DNA of 64,000 bases from Camelus dromedarius (Eukaryota). This document shows positions 39,275-52,432 of this stretch, piece after piece (the first letter of the stretch is position 1; each line of letters begins with the position of its first letter). The stretch lies in NCBI RefSeq assembly GCF_036321535.1, contig NC_087436.1:34102001-34166000 (forward strand). Direction: 5' to 3'. Below the pieces are notes generated by a model that was given only the letters and a program-made list of their open reading frames with translations, had not been told where the DNA came from and did not search any database. Made by a program: the position numbers and the translations under genes.

Positions 39275-40055
39275 CTGTGAAGAAACACTTTTCCACAAAA
39301 TCAATAAAACATAGGATTTCAGAATTGGAACTTATCAGAAAGATAATTTAATTGGAATAGGTACTGATACAAAATAAAAACACAGAAGTAAGATAAGATA
39401 TTAGACAATATGACTGTTAAAAATATCAGAGAAAAGATTGCTTTATAAGCAGAACTTGGACAGTCACAGGCTGAGCTGCAGATCAGGAGGGAAGGGCAGG
39501 CAGAGTCCTGGCAGCAAGCTGAGGGAGGTTTTTGAACCAAAGCTCACATGAATTGGATTGTAAATCTGAGCAAACACTTCCAAACAGTGTTCCAAATGCT
39601 AGACTTAGAAGATGATATAGGGGCCAAAAAGTGAGTATGTGTGTGTAGGGAATGGTGGCCAAATAATTCTGGAATTTCTGGTTTAAAAAAACTGAGTGTT
39701 GTTTTGTATCAGGACTTCTGAGATGTTAATATACTTGCTTGGAGATGTAAAGCAATAAATACATTAGGTAGCTAATCAACACTTTTTTTTTTCTTTTTCT
39801 AAAACAGATTTTAAAATCTACTGCAGGGCAAAACAAAGCTAGAGAGAGGTTTCATTCACAACATAGGACTAAATTATTTTCGAAAGATATTCCCCAGTGC
39901 CTCTCACATAACCCGGCAGGTTGGTTGGCCCCAAGTCCTGTCTTCTCTTCAGACTCTACAATTCTCTGCCTCCAGTCCACTGGCTGCTACTGGCTCTAGT
40001 TTTCCCTACCTTTCTCTCTCACCCTTTCCAATCTTTTCCGGGGATAAGCTCTGAC

Positions 40056-40419
40056 CTTTAACAATTAAATCAATCAAATAGTTTCTGGATGCTTTCAGTG
40101 CTCCCAATCCCATTGTTTCAACCCTCATAAGGTTCAGAAATTTTTCTTAAAAAGTAAAGGTTGACTTTTTTTTTTAGCTGATGAGAAAGAGATAGACAAG
40201 AATTTAATTCATTTATTTATTAATTTAAACTTTATCTCTCTATCATATATATATAACATTAATATCAGAGCCCGGTGATTGCTGAGCCCATAAATGACAA
40301 CTGTTACCACTGTTAACGAGAGAGGCACAGTATGGAGGGTGGAGGGATTGCACCAATCCATTTTGGGAAAAAGCCCAGAAGTTATTATTCTGAGCATGGA
40401 AATCTGAACTGAACAGTTC
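40056..40419 (-). pseudogene. PKD1-like exon relic: end of REJ
   Basis: gttttttaag|GAA. NHRALILMLYIYD ~ PHFEVGLAVVVQD; LINK*IKF ~ ALNRSLAI; TL*GLKQWDWEH ~ VLPGLLRQADPQH at nearly the same spacing; donor AAG|gtcaga. Confidence 0.75.
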
Positions 40420-40429
40420 CTTAAAAAAC

Positions 40430-41115
40430 AAACTTTTATTACTGAAAATGTGTATAGACATAAGTAGAAAGAATTATATAATTAATCCAATGTGCTTACC
40501 ATCCAGATTCAACAATTATCAAATATAACCAATCTTCTTTGAGTTATACCAACACCCTTGGTTTATTTTAAATGGATTTCAGGGATTATATCTTTTCATC
40601 AGTAAGCACTTCAATATGCATCTCTAAAAGATGTGGATACTTTATACAAAACCACAAATACTCTTAATACATCTCAATGATTATTGGTTATTCATTAAGA
40701 CCATTAAATACCCTGTGTGTGTTCTAATTTCCTCCAACATCTCATAAAGGTTTTGGCAGATTTTTAAAATTATTATTACTGTTTTTAACCAAAGTATAAC
40801 TTATAATAAGGTGCACAAATCTTAAATATACAGATTGGTGAATTTTATACAAGAATTTATCATTTAAACACCATCCAGATCAAGATATAAACACTTCCAG
40901 TATCCAAGCAGGCTCTTTGTACTTCTTTTCCATTAATCTACCCCACATTAACTGTTCTTCTCATTTCTGTCATAGTTTTTTTGTGGAGGGAGTATAGCCT
41001 ACCAACATCCTACAATAACTATAAATGGAGTGTAACATTCAAAAATCGTGAATCACCGCGTTGCACAGCTGAAACCTATACAATATTGTACATCAACTAC
41101 ATCTCAACAACAACA
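40430..41115. mobile_element. Old L1 3' fragments (minus strand ~40430-40980; short plus-strand tail ~41000-41115)
   Basis: aaagtataacttataataaggtgcacaaatcttaa...ccatccagatcaagatataaacacttccag; tgaaacctatacaatattgtacatcaactac. Confidence 0.7.
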
Positions 41116-41631
41116 AATATTTTGAACATAGAAACACATAACCTACAGGCTCCATGCTTGCCCCCAAAGCACCTGATCTTAGACTAGCACGTATGTGGCT
41201 TTCTGCAGCCCAAACTCGAGCTTGGGTGGGAAAAATCCTGGGGTAAAGCACCAACTTCTTGGATTATCTTGATCTCATCTTCCACCATAAATGGCCACAA
41301 ATCCCTCCTGAAAAGCTCTCTATGACTTTCCTACACCCTCCAAACTCATCCTCTCCCATCCTAGATCTCAAATATCAGAATTTGAGGTTGAGGTCACGAA
41401 ACCTTCATTTTTGACACTTCGAAATGCCATTAATGCACAGCCCAAATGCAGTGATACTCCAGGGCAGAAATGAGTGAATTCAAGTTAAAGGCATTCAGGG
41501 TATATTCCTTCAAAGGGCAACTTTCCTCTTCCCATGAGTGAGCACAGTCCTCCACTGAGGAACAGCTGAAGAGCTTCCACTTCATTTTTCAGCCTAACAC
41601 ATTTTTAATACAGTGGACCCTCTCCTCTTAC

Positions 41632-41925
41632 CTATAGTGGCTATGTCTTATCACTGTCCCCAAAGGACCAGCTGCTTTTGTAGAAAGTACGTGTGTGTGT
41701 ACTAATCCTTGAAGAGGGATTTAGATTTACTTGAAGGACTGAGGGGAGAATAATCTGTCCGAGCAGTCCAGGGGTCTTGAGCTGTCAGAGCTTCAGCCTC
41801 TCAACCACAGAAGCACGTGGGACTTCCCAGATACTGCCCACAGGACCCTGTGTTAATCATCAAACCTTGAAAGGGCCCTGCCATTTACGGATGATCTGAT
41901 GGTTCCAGCAGTTAGCCCAGTATAA
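41632..41925 (-). pseudogene. PKD1-like exon relic: REJ
   Basis: SSVNGRALSR/LMINTG (1-nt frameshift) ~ TTSTGSAGMRLVLRRG; ARTDYSPLSPSS ~ LSPNRPPLGGSC; LNPSSRISTHT..FGDSD..PL* fits the REJ V.P..G....T.F.....D...PL.Y pattern; donor TAG|gtaaga. Confidence 0.72.
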
Positions 41926-41971
41926 CTATATTATATTGAGCTTAAATGGCATTCATTGACAAATACCACTC

Positions 41972-42232
41972 TTATGGGCTGAATTGTGTTCCCTCCACAT
42001 CCTTAAGAGTCATAACCACCAGCACTTCAGAATACAGTGACTGTATTTGGAGAGTGGGCCCTAATCCAATATAACTGGTGTCCTTATAACAAGAGGAAAT
42101 TTGGACGTAGATGAAAACACAGGGAGAAGGCCATCCACAGACCAAGAAGAGACCTCAGGAAAAAACAACCCTGCTGAACTTCCAGCCTCCAGAATCGTGA
42201 GAAAAAAATGTTTGTGGAACTTTGTTATGACA
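41972..42232 (+). mobile_element. MLT1B-like MaLR LTR
   Basis: tatgggctgaattgtgttccc...gtgactgtatttggag...ctaatccaatataactggtgtccttata...ttccagcctccagaatcgtgag. Confidence 0.8.
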
Positions 42233-42289
42233 ATCTCTGTCATAGTTTTTGCATACTTTGGAACTTCATGTAAAAACAGTAAACATGCA

Positions 42290-43640
42290 TCTAGTATATG
42301 ACTAGCCATTCCATTTCTAAGTATTTACCAAAGAGAAGTGAAAGCACATGTCCATATAAAGAATTGTACCTAAATTCTTCTGGATGCTTAACATGTAATG
42401 GCCTCAAACTAAGAAAAATAATCCTAATTATCCATCAACAGGTGAATCAGATAAATAAATTGTGGTATGTAATGCAGTAAAATACTATACAGCAATAAAG
42501 AGGAACAAATACTGAATCAGGGATTAACTAAGATTTATCTCAAAATAAATATTCAGAATGAAGAACCTAGTACAAAAACAAGTATATACTGTGTATTTCT
42601 GTTTATATGAAATTTTAGAAATGAAAAATCATGCACAGTGATGAAAAGAAGATCAGCGATTGGGTATTGGTGAATGGGCAAGAAGAAAGGATTAGAGAGA
42701 GGCAGGAGGGAATTTGGGGACAATAGATAGGCTTGTTATCTCAGTTGTGGTAATAGTCTCATGGGTACATGTATCCATATGTAATAACTTATCAAACTGC
42801 ACACTTAAATAGGTGTCATTTATTATACTAATATCCCTCAATAAAATTCCCCCCAAAATAAAAAGAGACTAGAGGTTGGTGTGATCCTTTCTCTTTTTCC
42901 TGCCTGAAACTCACGTTGAATACAAGAGACCACACTTGCTGTCTTTTCCATGAGTAAAATGAAAATAATATTTTAAAAAAGAAATCAGGAAGGTACATTG
43001 CCATTTTTAGAGAAATACTGAAAGAATTGTGTAAGAATGTATAACTAAAAACCCAAAATAGAATTTTTAAAACTTAAGTAATCTAAAAATGCATGAAAAA
43101 AAAGAAATGAAGAATACATGAGATAAATAGCAATATATTCATTAAACACAAAATAGTTGTGATACATATAAACTGACTAAAATCCTGTTAAAAGGCCACA
43201 TTTGTCTAACTGAATAAAGACACCAAAGCCAAATTAGATGTTGTTTACTAGAGATACACTTGAACTATAAAGATACAGAAAGGATCAAAAGGATGAAAAT
43301 ATAAATACTATGCATACACAAACCAAAAGATAGCTATTACAAGTTTATTAATATTAGTCAAAGGAGACAAGGGGCACTACTAGAGAAAAAGACATTTCGA
43401 AATGATAAAAGAACTAATTCTATAGAAAGTTACAAGAATCCAAAATCAGCATGCATACAATAACAGAGCTTTAAAATATAAATAGTAAATATGACAGATT
43501 TAAGGGAGAAGTAAAAGTGTCCAAAATCTTATTTGAAGATCTTAAAAACTTGTAGGAGATTTGAATAACTATTAACCAGTTTGACCCCACTGACCTACAA
43601 AGAACACTTCAGTCAACAATTAAAATAAACAAACACCCAC
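42290..43640 (+). mobile_element. Ancient L1 fragments (3' end, then ORF2 endonuclease region)
   Basis: ttccatttctaagtatttaccaaagagaagtgaaagcacatgtcca; agatgttgtttactagagatacacttgaactataaagatacagaaagg. Confidence 0.75.
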
Positions 43641-44519
43641 TCTTTTCAAGGGGAATTGATCTGTGTAGCCCATCTTCCCCACCCTTTCCCCAGGAACCCT
43701 TTGGTAGAGAGAGAAAATTATCTGGGTTTTCATTTTTTTTCCAAATTAACTTGCATCAAGTTATATAAAGCAAGTCTCTTAATAATTATTTTTACAATTG
43801 CCTTTGTTTTGATGATAAATTTGCCCTTGTTATTTCTAACATTGTGCTTTGCTCGCATCCCCACCTCAATTCCCTCACTACCACCACATTTTAATTGAGT
43901 TAGCTGTTTTTCAGTAGTGTCCTTTTTCAAACAGTTTTTTCTAAAGAATTATGATTAGGACTGATTTACTTACTGTATTCTCACAAATTTAATTTGGCTT
44001 GTATGAAAAGTATTGCTGAATTATTGGTGCACACATATTAATATATGCTATATCTTCATTCTGAATTTTACTCTCTGGCCTTATAAAGTGTCCTTTTGTG
44101 TTCTTCTTTTAATGTTTTTTGGTCTAAATTCTGCCTGTCACATATCAATCTGCTTCCTTGTTATTTGCGTTTATCTTATATAACTGCTCATTCTTTAATT
44201 TTCATCTGTTCAGAACATTTATTTCAGATCTGTCTTGTGAATATAGCACAGAGAATTGAATTTTGCTTTGTCCGACAATTTTAAATTCTTTTTTTTTCCT
44301 ATCAAAAGGTAATTTAAGCTGCTACACAACTGTCAACATGAATAATAACATTGGTCTCTATTCTTTCATGTTATTTTATGTTATACACACCCACATCGAT
44401 TTTCATTACATAGTTGGTTTTATATGTTCTCTTTCTCTCTCTGTGTGTGTATCAATGTACCCTTTGGCATTTATAAAGGCTTTCATTTTTTACATGGCTA
44501 CAGGATTGGCTGTATTTCC

Positions 44520-44925
44520 ACTGTTACACTGGATTAAAAAAAATCACCCCAAAATCAATGTTTAAATCAATAAGCATCAACCTAGTTCATGAGTGTGTGG
44601 GTCAGTAATTTCAGCTGGGTGGTTCCTCTGGTTTAAGCTAGATTTGCTTGCACATCTGGGGCTATGCTGGCTCCTGGCTGGGATAATTTAGTTCTGTTCC
44701 CCCTGTATCTTAATTCCTCCATCAGGCAACGCCAGACTTCTTATGACAAAGGCAGAGTTGCAAGAGCCTAAGAAACAGCAGGCAAGTACCTCTTTTCAAA
44801 ACTCTGGGTTGTATCTGTTAACTTCTCATGTGCCAAAGGAAATAATATGGCAAAGCCCAGAAACATAGTGGAGGGCAAATGAGAGGAATGAAGAATGGAA
44901 AGTCATTTCTGCAATCTAACACAGT
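44520..44925 (-). mobile_element. Old MLT1 LTR
   Basis: caccccaaaatcaatgtttaaa...gtgtgtgggtcagtaatttcagctgggtggttcctctgg...tttctgcaatctaacaca. Confidence 0.6.
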
Positions 44926-46078
44926 TACAATTATTCTAATACCTTTATATAAGATCCCTAGGCAGCCTTTTTGGGGAGGGGGTGGATATTGACCTTTTAA
45001 AAATTTTTCTATGATAAATGGTGGAATTAGCTAGCAACTTCTGTTTCCTCCCCTCTTCTTTCTCCTCTTAGAATCTAATTTGAAATAATGACATTTTATT
45101 TTATTCAATTCCTATAAGGCAATCAGTGAGATCTGGAATTAGGCTGAGTTATACTCATTTGTAAAGAAACAACAGGAATAGGGAAAACATACTGCTTCCA
45201 AGAGTGGTAAAAAATATAGATATCCAATTAGCATTATCACATGTCTTTTTATTCCCAGAACATTCAAAAGCTTGAATAAGTTGTGAATTTAAGGGGGGTT
45301 GGAGTTTTGCAAAGGGAAAGGGGCCAGAGAGCAGAGGAAGATGCTATGAAACAGTTGTAGAAAGAGAGTAAAGACATGAGGGTCATGATGGACAGGGAAA
45401 GATGGTGGGAAAATGGATTGGGACCTCTTTACCAAGTCTACAAATTATTGGGAAAAGCACATTTGAAAATTGAGAGATGATATATGGAAAGCAGATGTTG
45501 GAAATTGAGGTTTTGGAGATGTAGATTGAGTATGATGACAGGAGTAGATAGCTATGTCAGGAGGGAGGACAGGATCTTGTGAGAGAGGCACGAAAAATGT
45601 TTAGACACAAGGCACATCTCCCTTTGTACTGAAATAAAGCATGGACCATCTAAGGTCAGAGGAAATTCATTCATCCAAAGGTGTTCAATTAATTCTTATA
45701 CTTAGTTTTGTTCTATGTACTGAGGATAGGGGAGTGGTGGATAGCCCAGACCAGATGCTGCTCCTGTGGGGGTGATGTTATAGAAGAAGGTTAGTTTAGA
45801 AAGGGGTTGACTTAAGTTGTTTCTGAATATTGAATCAGTCAAGCTTGTGACAGAAGCCGATATATAGCCAATTCAATACTGAATTCTCTGGCAAGATCTT
45901 AGATAAATTGAAAAGAGATTTATATTATGTAGATTATACATATGCAGTGGGCAAAAATAATATATTTGCTAGTTCACTTAAAAATTGGTTATATATGGGA
46001 CATCATTTCATATTCACATGGAAGTGGGTTGTATGTGTCTACTGGATCTTCCTAATATGTGGAAACAAATAAACTTAC

Positions 46079-46638
46079 ATTGATATAAATAATCCACTTA
46101 TATCACTGGATCCACTTGATCTTGATAGAGTATTCATTGTATCCTCATCTACAAAGGCTTCATATAAAGAATTTCCACCAAGGGCATCCTCAAAGGGCAG
46201 CTTAGTCACAGTCAGCACAAAGCACTCATTTTGTTTTTCCTCTCCTTGTACCAATTTTACAACTACTGCCCACAAAACAAAGACACTTCCACGTTAATAT
46301 TGCTAGCAATGTCTCTTAAGAGAACATCAGCATCTGTGTCAGATTATTGTCTCCGGATGCCCAGAACTATTATTGGCAATCCGTTCAAGTTCTAGAGGAG
46401 ATCTGAACTCCGTATTAGATGCTGGGCATTGAGCAGTGGGAGGTATATACTTCTATGTAATTTCATGCCACAGCTGCCCTGGGCTATTAAGCATTCCCCT
46501 CATGTACAGAGTTCTCAGATGTCCTCCGGACCAGCTCCTTTAACTTGCTATTGGCTCTTACTGAATCCAGTGACATATGTCACAGTGATTCGAAGTCTGG
46601 ACCCTGGAGTCACGTAGAACTCATTCTCTTCACAGTCC
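46079..46638 (-). pseudogene. PKD1-like exon relic: REJ with a long insertion
   Basis: ctattag|G GAC TGT gives DCEENEFYVTPGSRLRITV ~ SCKAQAVYEVSRSSYVYL; ends AT|gtaagt; the middle part has several stops and no PKD1 match. Confidence 0.65.
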
Positions 46639-47030
46639 CTAATAGTGTAGACTTTAAGGTAACTATTTATAATGAATAGATTTAAAATACACTTGTTAAT
46701 GGATGATTAAATTCCAAAGTATAAATATATGTAGATCATCCAGGAAAAGTCATATTTTAAAACATATTCTAAACTTTCAGTATAAATATGTAGAAACTAT
46801 CCATTAAAATATTTTTCAATACATCAGCATGTTGCTAGGAAATACATTTTTATATGGGAAGATGCAATGTGGATAAGGAAAATATTTAGTTTCTTTACCT
46901 TCAATCATGAATTCTAGTTGTAGAAGTGGGAATCAATAAATGCAACGGACTATGAATGAAGTGTTGCAAAAACCAGTAGAGGCAAAGACAAAAATAGATG
47001 TTGTCTCCTTAAAGCCAAGACTACACTTAC

Positions 47031-47214
47031 TTAGACAAGATCTGCACTTCAACAGTCAAAATATGTTGGCCGACGGGTATCCTTTGGGAGCCATTCTTTC
47101 CTTGACTTCTTTTGGTTTAAATACCAAAAAAAGAAAAAAAAGAGTTATATCCATGAAGTAACACTTATTTTTGCTTTTTCATTGTTTTTCTCTTTTTAAC
47201 AGTGATTATGCTGA
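47031..47214 (-). pseudogene. PKD1-like exon relic: REJ
   Basis: SIITVKKRK ~ STVTIPRER; NKCYFMDITLF ~ GVEYTFSLTVW; QRIPVGQHILTVEVQILS ~ QTVLIRSGRVPIVSLECV; donor AA|gtaagt; in phase with both neighbours. Confidence 0.7.
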
Positions 47215-48097
47215 CTTATAAGATCATAGTACAAATATATGTGAAACTTAGCAACTGAATACAGGACAACAGCCTTACAAATTTTTATAACAGAATCAAA
47301 TTATTATTACTCTCAGAGATCGTTACGATAGTAATCCATTCTGTGTAAACTGATCTGACCTGATTAAAATGGAATTTAGCATTTGTTTCTGGGTATGTGA
47401 AGAAGTTTTGGTTCACATAAAAAGTGCCTGCCATTTTTTTCAATTGCTTGATTTGGTTGAGTGATCCTTTAAAAGTGATAAAGAAAAGAAAAAGAACATT
47501 TTCAACTTGACACTTTTCTGTTCAAAAAAACAAAACATCTTTTTTGAACAAAACAATGTGGTCACCAGAATTATTCCTTACAATTTTCCTAAGGGAACAA
47601 AAATAATGAATAATACAGTCTTTTGTCTGTGACCTCCTTGGATTTCAACAGACTTTTTTCTTTTAAAATGAAGAGTGAAAAATCTAAATCTATTGAGCAA
47701 CGGTCAACACGTGAGCCTCTAGTCACTCACTTAGTGACTTAACGCAAACTTTTCTCAGTACAAGCATGTGGCATTGGAATGAAACAAACAACACTTTGAC
47801 ATTAAAATCTATTGAAATCAAACAAAGAAGAGCCCTTAAGTATTACACTCTGTGTAAAACTCCTGTCCAGAAAACCATCCTCAGAAACTGAATTCCAAAA
47901 TTATATGTATCTGAATGAAAACATTCCAAAAGCATTTTTACTACTCGTTTTTTGTGACTATTTACTTGTTTTTGTTTGCTATTTTGTGTAACTTTTCTAT
48001 CCAAAAGACATAGCACAACTTTAATTTCCCTCCCTGTATTGAGAATTTGATATTTATTTTTAGCTTTTATTGCAAAAAAAAAAAAAAATTGTGTTAC

Positions 48098-48686
48098 CTG
48101 AGAGGGAGCAATTAGGTTCAGTCAGTATGCTGTCACACAGCCCTCTGGGAGAAGAACTTAATTGTGTTTTCCAAACAGGAAAGAATGAGATACATTCTCC
48201 TCTTTCCCCCTGTAAAGAGGGCCAGTAGGGCTTAGCTCCAGGAGGCCTGAGGATATTCTTCCTGTGGGGGAGAATGGAAGCTTATATTTTCCAAGACCTA
48301 GGCTCTTGACAAAGAACTGGATTGTTGGGAAAGGAGGCTGGGCTGGAGCTTCATGAGAAGCAGCTGCTGGGCCTGTTTCAGAAGGCCGCTTCCCAGAGAG
48401 AGCCGAGGCAGGTATCTGTGAGGTATTGTGTGGACGAGGCACCTCCCATAAGCAGCGCCCCGGATGGGAGGGCACGCGTGGGTGGTTGTGGTACCGCTCT
48501 AGACGCTGGGCACGTTGGAGAGGAGTTACAGTTTCAGTTGAGAAGATACTAGGCACAGGGCCCCGCACACTGTGCAAGACCAGCACTTGTTCGTGTCTAG
48601 TGTGGCCGTAGGGCCGTGAGACCCTCACAGTGAGGTTCGAGGCCAGCATCCTCCCCGGTCTCCCGTGAAAACCCTAGGAGGCTGAT
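48098..48686 (-). pseudogene. PKD1-like exon relic: last PKD repeat and start of REJ
   Basis: cattttcttctcag|A and CAG|gtaaca. FHGRPG ~ SYLRPG; LQRAQRLE ~ MRRSQRNY; RCLWEV ~ EYRWEV; IQFFVKSLGLGKYKLPF ~ LVLPRLALPVGHYCFVF; after a frameshift LLALFTGGKRRMY ~ LVPIIEGGSYRVW. Confidence 0.82.
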
Positions 48687-49738
48687 CTGAGAAGAAAATG
48701 GAAGGGACCTCCTCTCAAGACCTGGCAAACAGGTCCTTCCTCACCAACGCTGGTAGGTCAGCTTCAGTTAAAGTATTCGAATCCAGTGGCGCAAACTCAG
48801 AACACTCAGATAGGTTATTCTTTAGCCAGGCCTGCCATTTTTCAAGAACTGCTTAAATTTGTAGGTCTCTTATCTGTACTTTACATCTGAAAAGTAAAAG
48901 TTTCAGCCCAGTATATAGTCCAAGTTTTCTTTCCTGGCCAAAAAGTCTAGGACAATTTCCTGTTTTATTTGCATGGATAATTAAAACTTTTTTTTTTTTT
49001 TTGCCTTATTCCTTTGTGTTCTGCCTCCAATGTCTTGTGTTACTTAGGTTTTATTTTTGGGAATGGCTGTCATTAATCAAGCATTTCTGAAGCTGTCTTC
49101 TTTCTTCATGTGTACTTTTATAATATTCTAATTTGTTCTTCTGAATTTATTCCACTCCTTTTCTGTGAAATATCTTCCAAAATATGTTGACATTAGTGAT
49201 CGGAATCCTTGTTTGTAACTTATGGTAGGACAAGGTTAAACTCACATTTTTGAGTAAGTGTCCAGTGCATCCACTTTAAGACACAAAGGAACAAAATTAG
49301 CTGATAAAATATTTGTTTATCAGGAGTTTGTCTTCCTCTCCTGGCCATCATTGTATTCTAAATACTGGCCCTTGGCTTGGCAGATAACATTGTGTGTAAT
49401 AAATGACTCATTAAGTAATTGAATGAATGAATGAGTGTCCTAAGGCAAGTTCCAAATTTCAATTAAAAAAAACCAAAACCTCTTCCTTTGAGAAGATTCA
49501 CTGAAAGACAAATGACAGCCTCTGTTTAACCTAATTTTAAAAAGCCAGAAGACTAGTTTAATGTGTCTGTTCAGACTAATTAACTAAGGTATTAAACTTG
49601 GGAAAACAAAAAGGAGAAGAAAATAGCCTTTCTAAATAGTGGGGGAAAATCTCCTTACAAATATTAAACAAAGATATTTATTTTACAACAATTTTAAATG
49701 TTCTTCCTTTTAAGCCTCTATCTAGAAAACTCCCACAC

Positions 49739-49947
49739 CCATCTATCTTCAAAGTCTATGTCAAAATATTCAGTTTTTGGAGAACATACCAAGTGAACTA
49801 GCGGTGCTCTCAATACACGGTGCCGTTCATGGTCCTTTCTAATTAACAGGTACTTCAGCCAGAGGTTTCACGTCTTAACTCTCCTAGGTTATTTTCCATG
49901 AACTATTAATTATAAGTTCATGGGTCATTTACAGAAAGTTTTTCAAT
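49739..49947 (-). pseudogene. PKD1-like exon relic: last PKD repeats
   Basis: DP*TYN**FMENNLG fits the PKD PGxYxV...N motif; TAPCIE ~ SGPCFT; YFDIDFEDR ~ YHWDFGDG; flanked by ttag|A and TGG|gtgtgg. Confidence 0.68.
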
Positions 49948-50533
49948 CTAATGAAACATCTGGACACATAGTAACAATCCCATTTTCTAAAATGGCTTAG
50001 AAACATTTTTTGACTCTTTCTTTGGCTATTTACCTAATTAATAGTTACCAGCATATATAGGATGAAATATTTAAATAAAGAAACTTTACACACTGATAAA
50101 ACCAGAGAACAATTATACTTCAGAGTAGAGAAGTGTAAATAACTATTTCTAAAGGCTAGAGAAAGCTCAGCACATTAGGAAGGTGGTATCAGCTTAAGTT
50201 TTCAAATTATCATGGAAATGTATTTCAAAATGGTCCTTAACTATTAATATTTCAAATATATATTTTTGCTTTAAATTATTTATTCATTGATAACTAAAAA
50301 CTAGCATTTTGAAGTGTGAAAACATTATTATTCATCATTTATATTTCATTTGTTCTTCATAAATTTAAGTATTTATGTAAATATCTTAATGTATAAGTTT
50401 AACAGATGATACTATCAAATATATATTTATGCACATATTCATAATGTTTTTTAGCAGTTTCAAACTAAGCCCTTTATAATATCATACATTGTTCTAATTT
50501 TCCCATATTCTAAAATGCCTCTTTAAATATTAC

Positions 50534-51149
50534 TTTGTTCCTTATTAAGAGGCTCTGTTTGATGGGAATGGACTCTATTCACAATTTTACCCAGAGATGA
50601 TATACCTTATGTCTTGTGCCAGGGTTAAACCTCACAAAACCTTTTCTATTTTCAAAACTCAAATCCACAGAGATGACATACCAAATCAAGTAAATAATCT
50701 TGGGACTAAGTACACAGAGAACAGTTGGATTAATTCGTTTATTAAATATGTTTTCTGCTGAAGACAAAAACCACACCCTACATCCCCATTTTGATAAAGA
50801 TGCAACAGTATCCTGTAAGCAGTCACCACCTCTGTGGTAGGTAAGTCAGACAATAATCTAAAAAGTATTTTGGAATATCTGCACACTAAGAATACATATT
50901 TATTGCTTATCTCTTTCCAAAGTAAATGGCTTGGAGAATATACAAAGTTGTACACACAATAATTTAAAAGTTAAGAAAATGAGGAAGAGATCTATCATTC
51001 AGTTTTCTTCTATTTCCTTATTTCCAGGAAACCAATAGACACACACTCACACCTGCCCACAAGCACTTAAGCTTTAAAATGGAGAGTTTCAATAGGAATT
51101 CCACAGCTGAAAGGCTGTAACAGCATCCTAAAGGATAGTGTATTAGAGA
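50534..51149 (-). pseudogene. PKD1-like exon relic: PKD repeats
   Basis: Acceptor ttctgactctccag|TC. LQPFSCGIPIET ~ SVPFWGQLATGT; CECVSIGFLE ~ GPHVTMVFPD; SKILFRLL..TEVVT ~ SAVTFRLQ..PEVLP; GFVRFNPGTRHKVYHLW ~ NFTARVQRGSRVAYAW. Confidence 0.72.
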
Positions 51150-51819
51150 CTGGAGAGTCAGAAGTCATTGGAAAGAACAGGATAGATTAGAACTGGGAAT
51201 GTCAAGAAAGTCCGAAAACCAAGCATGCTAGTAGAATGGAATCTTCTTCTGTGCTGTTGGGAACTTTGGAAACCACTGGCCTCCTTGTCTCACTCTGATC
51301 CCTGCCTTTTTTCTGTCCTTGTCTCCCTCCCTTCCTCCACGCCTTCCTTAGTGCCTCCTTCTCTCTCTCCCTCCTTCTGCTGGCCTCTCCTGCATCTTTC
51401 TCATAGCATGTATTAGAAAGCAAAGAAAACACTTTCTCACTTGAACCTCTGGAGCATGATTCCAGAGCCCACCTTCTCAGCCCTTAATATAGAACTGCCT
51501 CAGGATTTCCATTTCTTTCCAGTATGACTTCAGAGAGGTGGAGCACAGGTTTTATACTTTCGTGTTGCGTAGTGCTTTTAATTTAAACGAGCATGTGCTT
51601 CTGTGTGTGTGTATGTGCATGCCATTTTTAGAACTTTATTTTCATATCTGCTTTTATTTATTGTTGATCCTTCCAAAAGAGATACTTTTTTACAAATCTC
51701 ATTTAAAAATCTCTGTATTATTGCAATTTGGGGGAATGATAATCCTGTGCAGGGTGCTGGGTGTCCACATAGTGGACTGTGTCAACAGCAGCAGCCACAC
51801 CAAGGGACCAAAAGCTTAC

Positions 51820-52432
51820 TGATCATGTTTTTGCCCGGTACCAGGCCCTCTCCTCTAGGAGGTGAGGAGAAAACGTCAGGTCTCTGACGTCCAGGAGATC
51901 ACGGGTGGTAGAGGAGACAGGGAACACACTAAACAAACGTAAAATCAGACCGTGTGTCAGTTGGCAGTGATTGCTGTGACTGTTAACTATAGCACTTCTC
52001 AGCCTCCGCCGATGCGGGGCCTGCACAGTGACTGTGAGCATGTCCTGACCGGGACGCAGCCAGGGTCCCCGTCGGTCCCCGCCCCTTCCTCACCGCGGAT
52101 GGCTTCCTGTTTCTCCCCTCCTGTCTGCCCTCTGAGCCCATTCCCTGCCGTTGTCAGTGACCTGCTGAGCCTGAGCCAAACTTTATAGGAGAGGCTTTGG
52201 CCGTGGCCTGGGGCAGAAAAGGGACAAGGAGACATAGGTAGACCAGGAAGCCAAGAGCCTCGGCTTGTTCTTAGCAGAGGCTGCGCCCCCACTACCCCCT
52301 ACTGGCCCCGCCTTCCAGTCAGCGTTCTGCCCCAGGAGGCTGGCTCTGACAAGAGCCCGCCCCACCGCACTCGGCCTCTCTCCACACCGAGGCAGGGCAG
52401 GGCCACCCCCGGGACCTGTTCCCAGGGGTTAC
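51820..52432 (-). pseudogene. PKD1-like exon relic: PKD repeats (GC/CpG-rich)
   Basis: GPALPRCGE ~ GPALAGSGK; VRASLLGQNADW ~ LRATNMLGSAWADC; GHGQSLSYKVWL ~ AGGSGVVYTWSL; LRPGQDMLTVTV ~ TTPGLHLVTMTA; THGLILR ~ VSGLSIR. Donor TCA|gtaagc at 51820/51819. Confidence 0.72.

Noticed and set aside
41380..41600. Plus-strand STEEQLKSFHFI resembling a Gypsy pol linker
   Set aside because: A single short motif with no supporting RT or RNase H sequence.
47519..47550. 11-bp inverted repeat tgttcaaaaaa...ttttttgaaca
   Set aside because: Mostly A/T homopolymer pairing, which is expected by chance.
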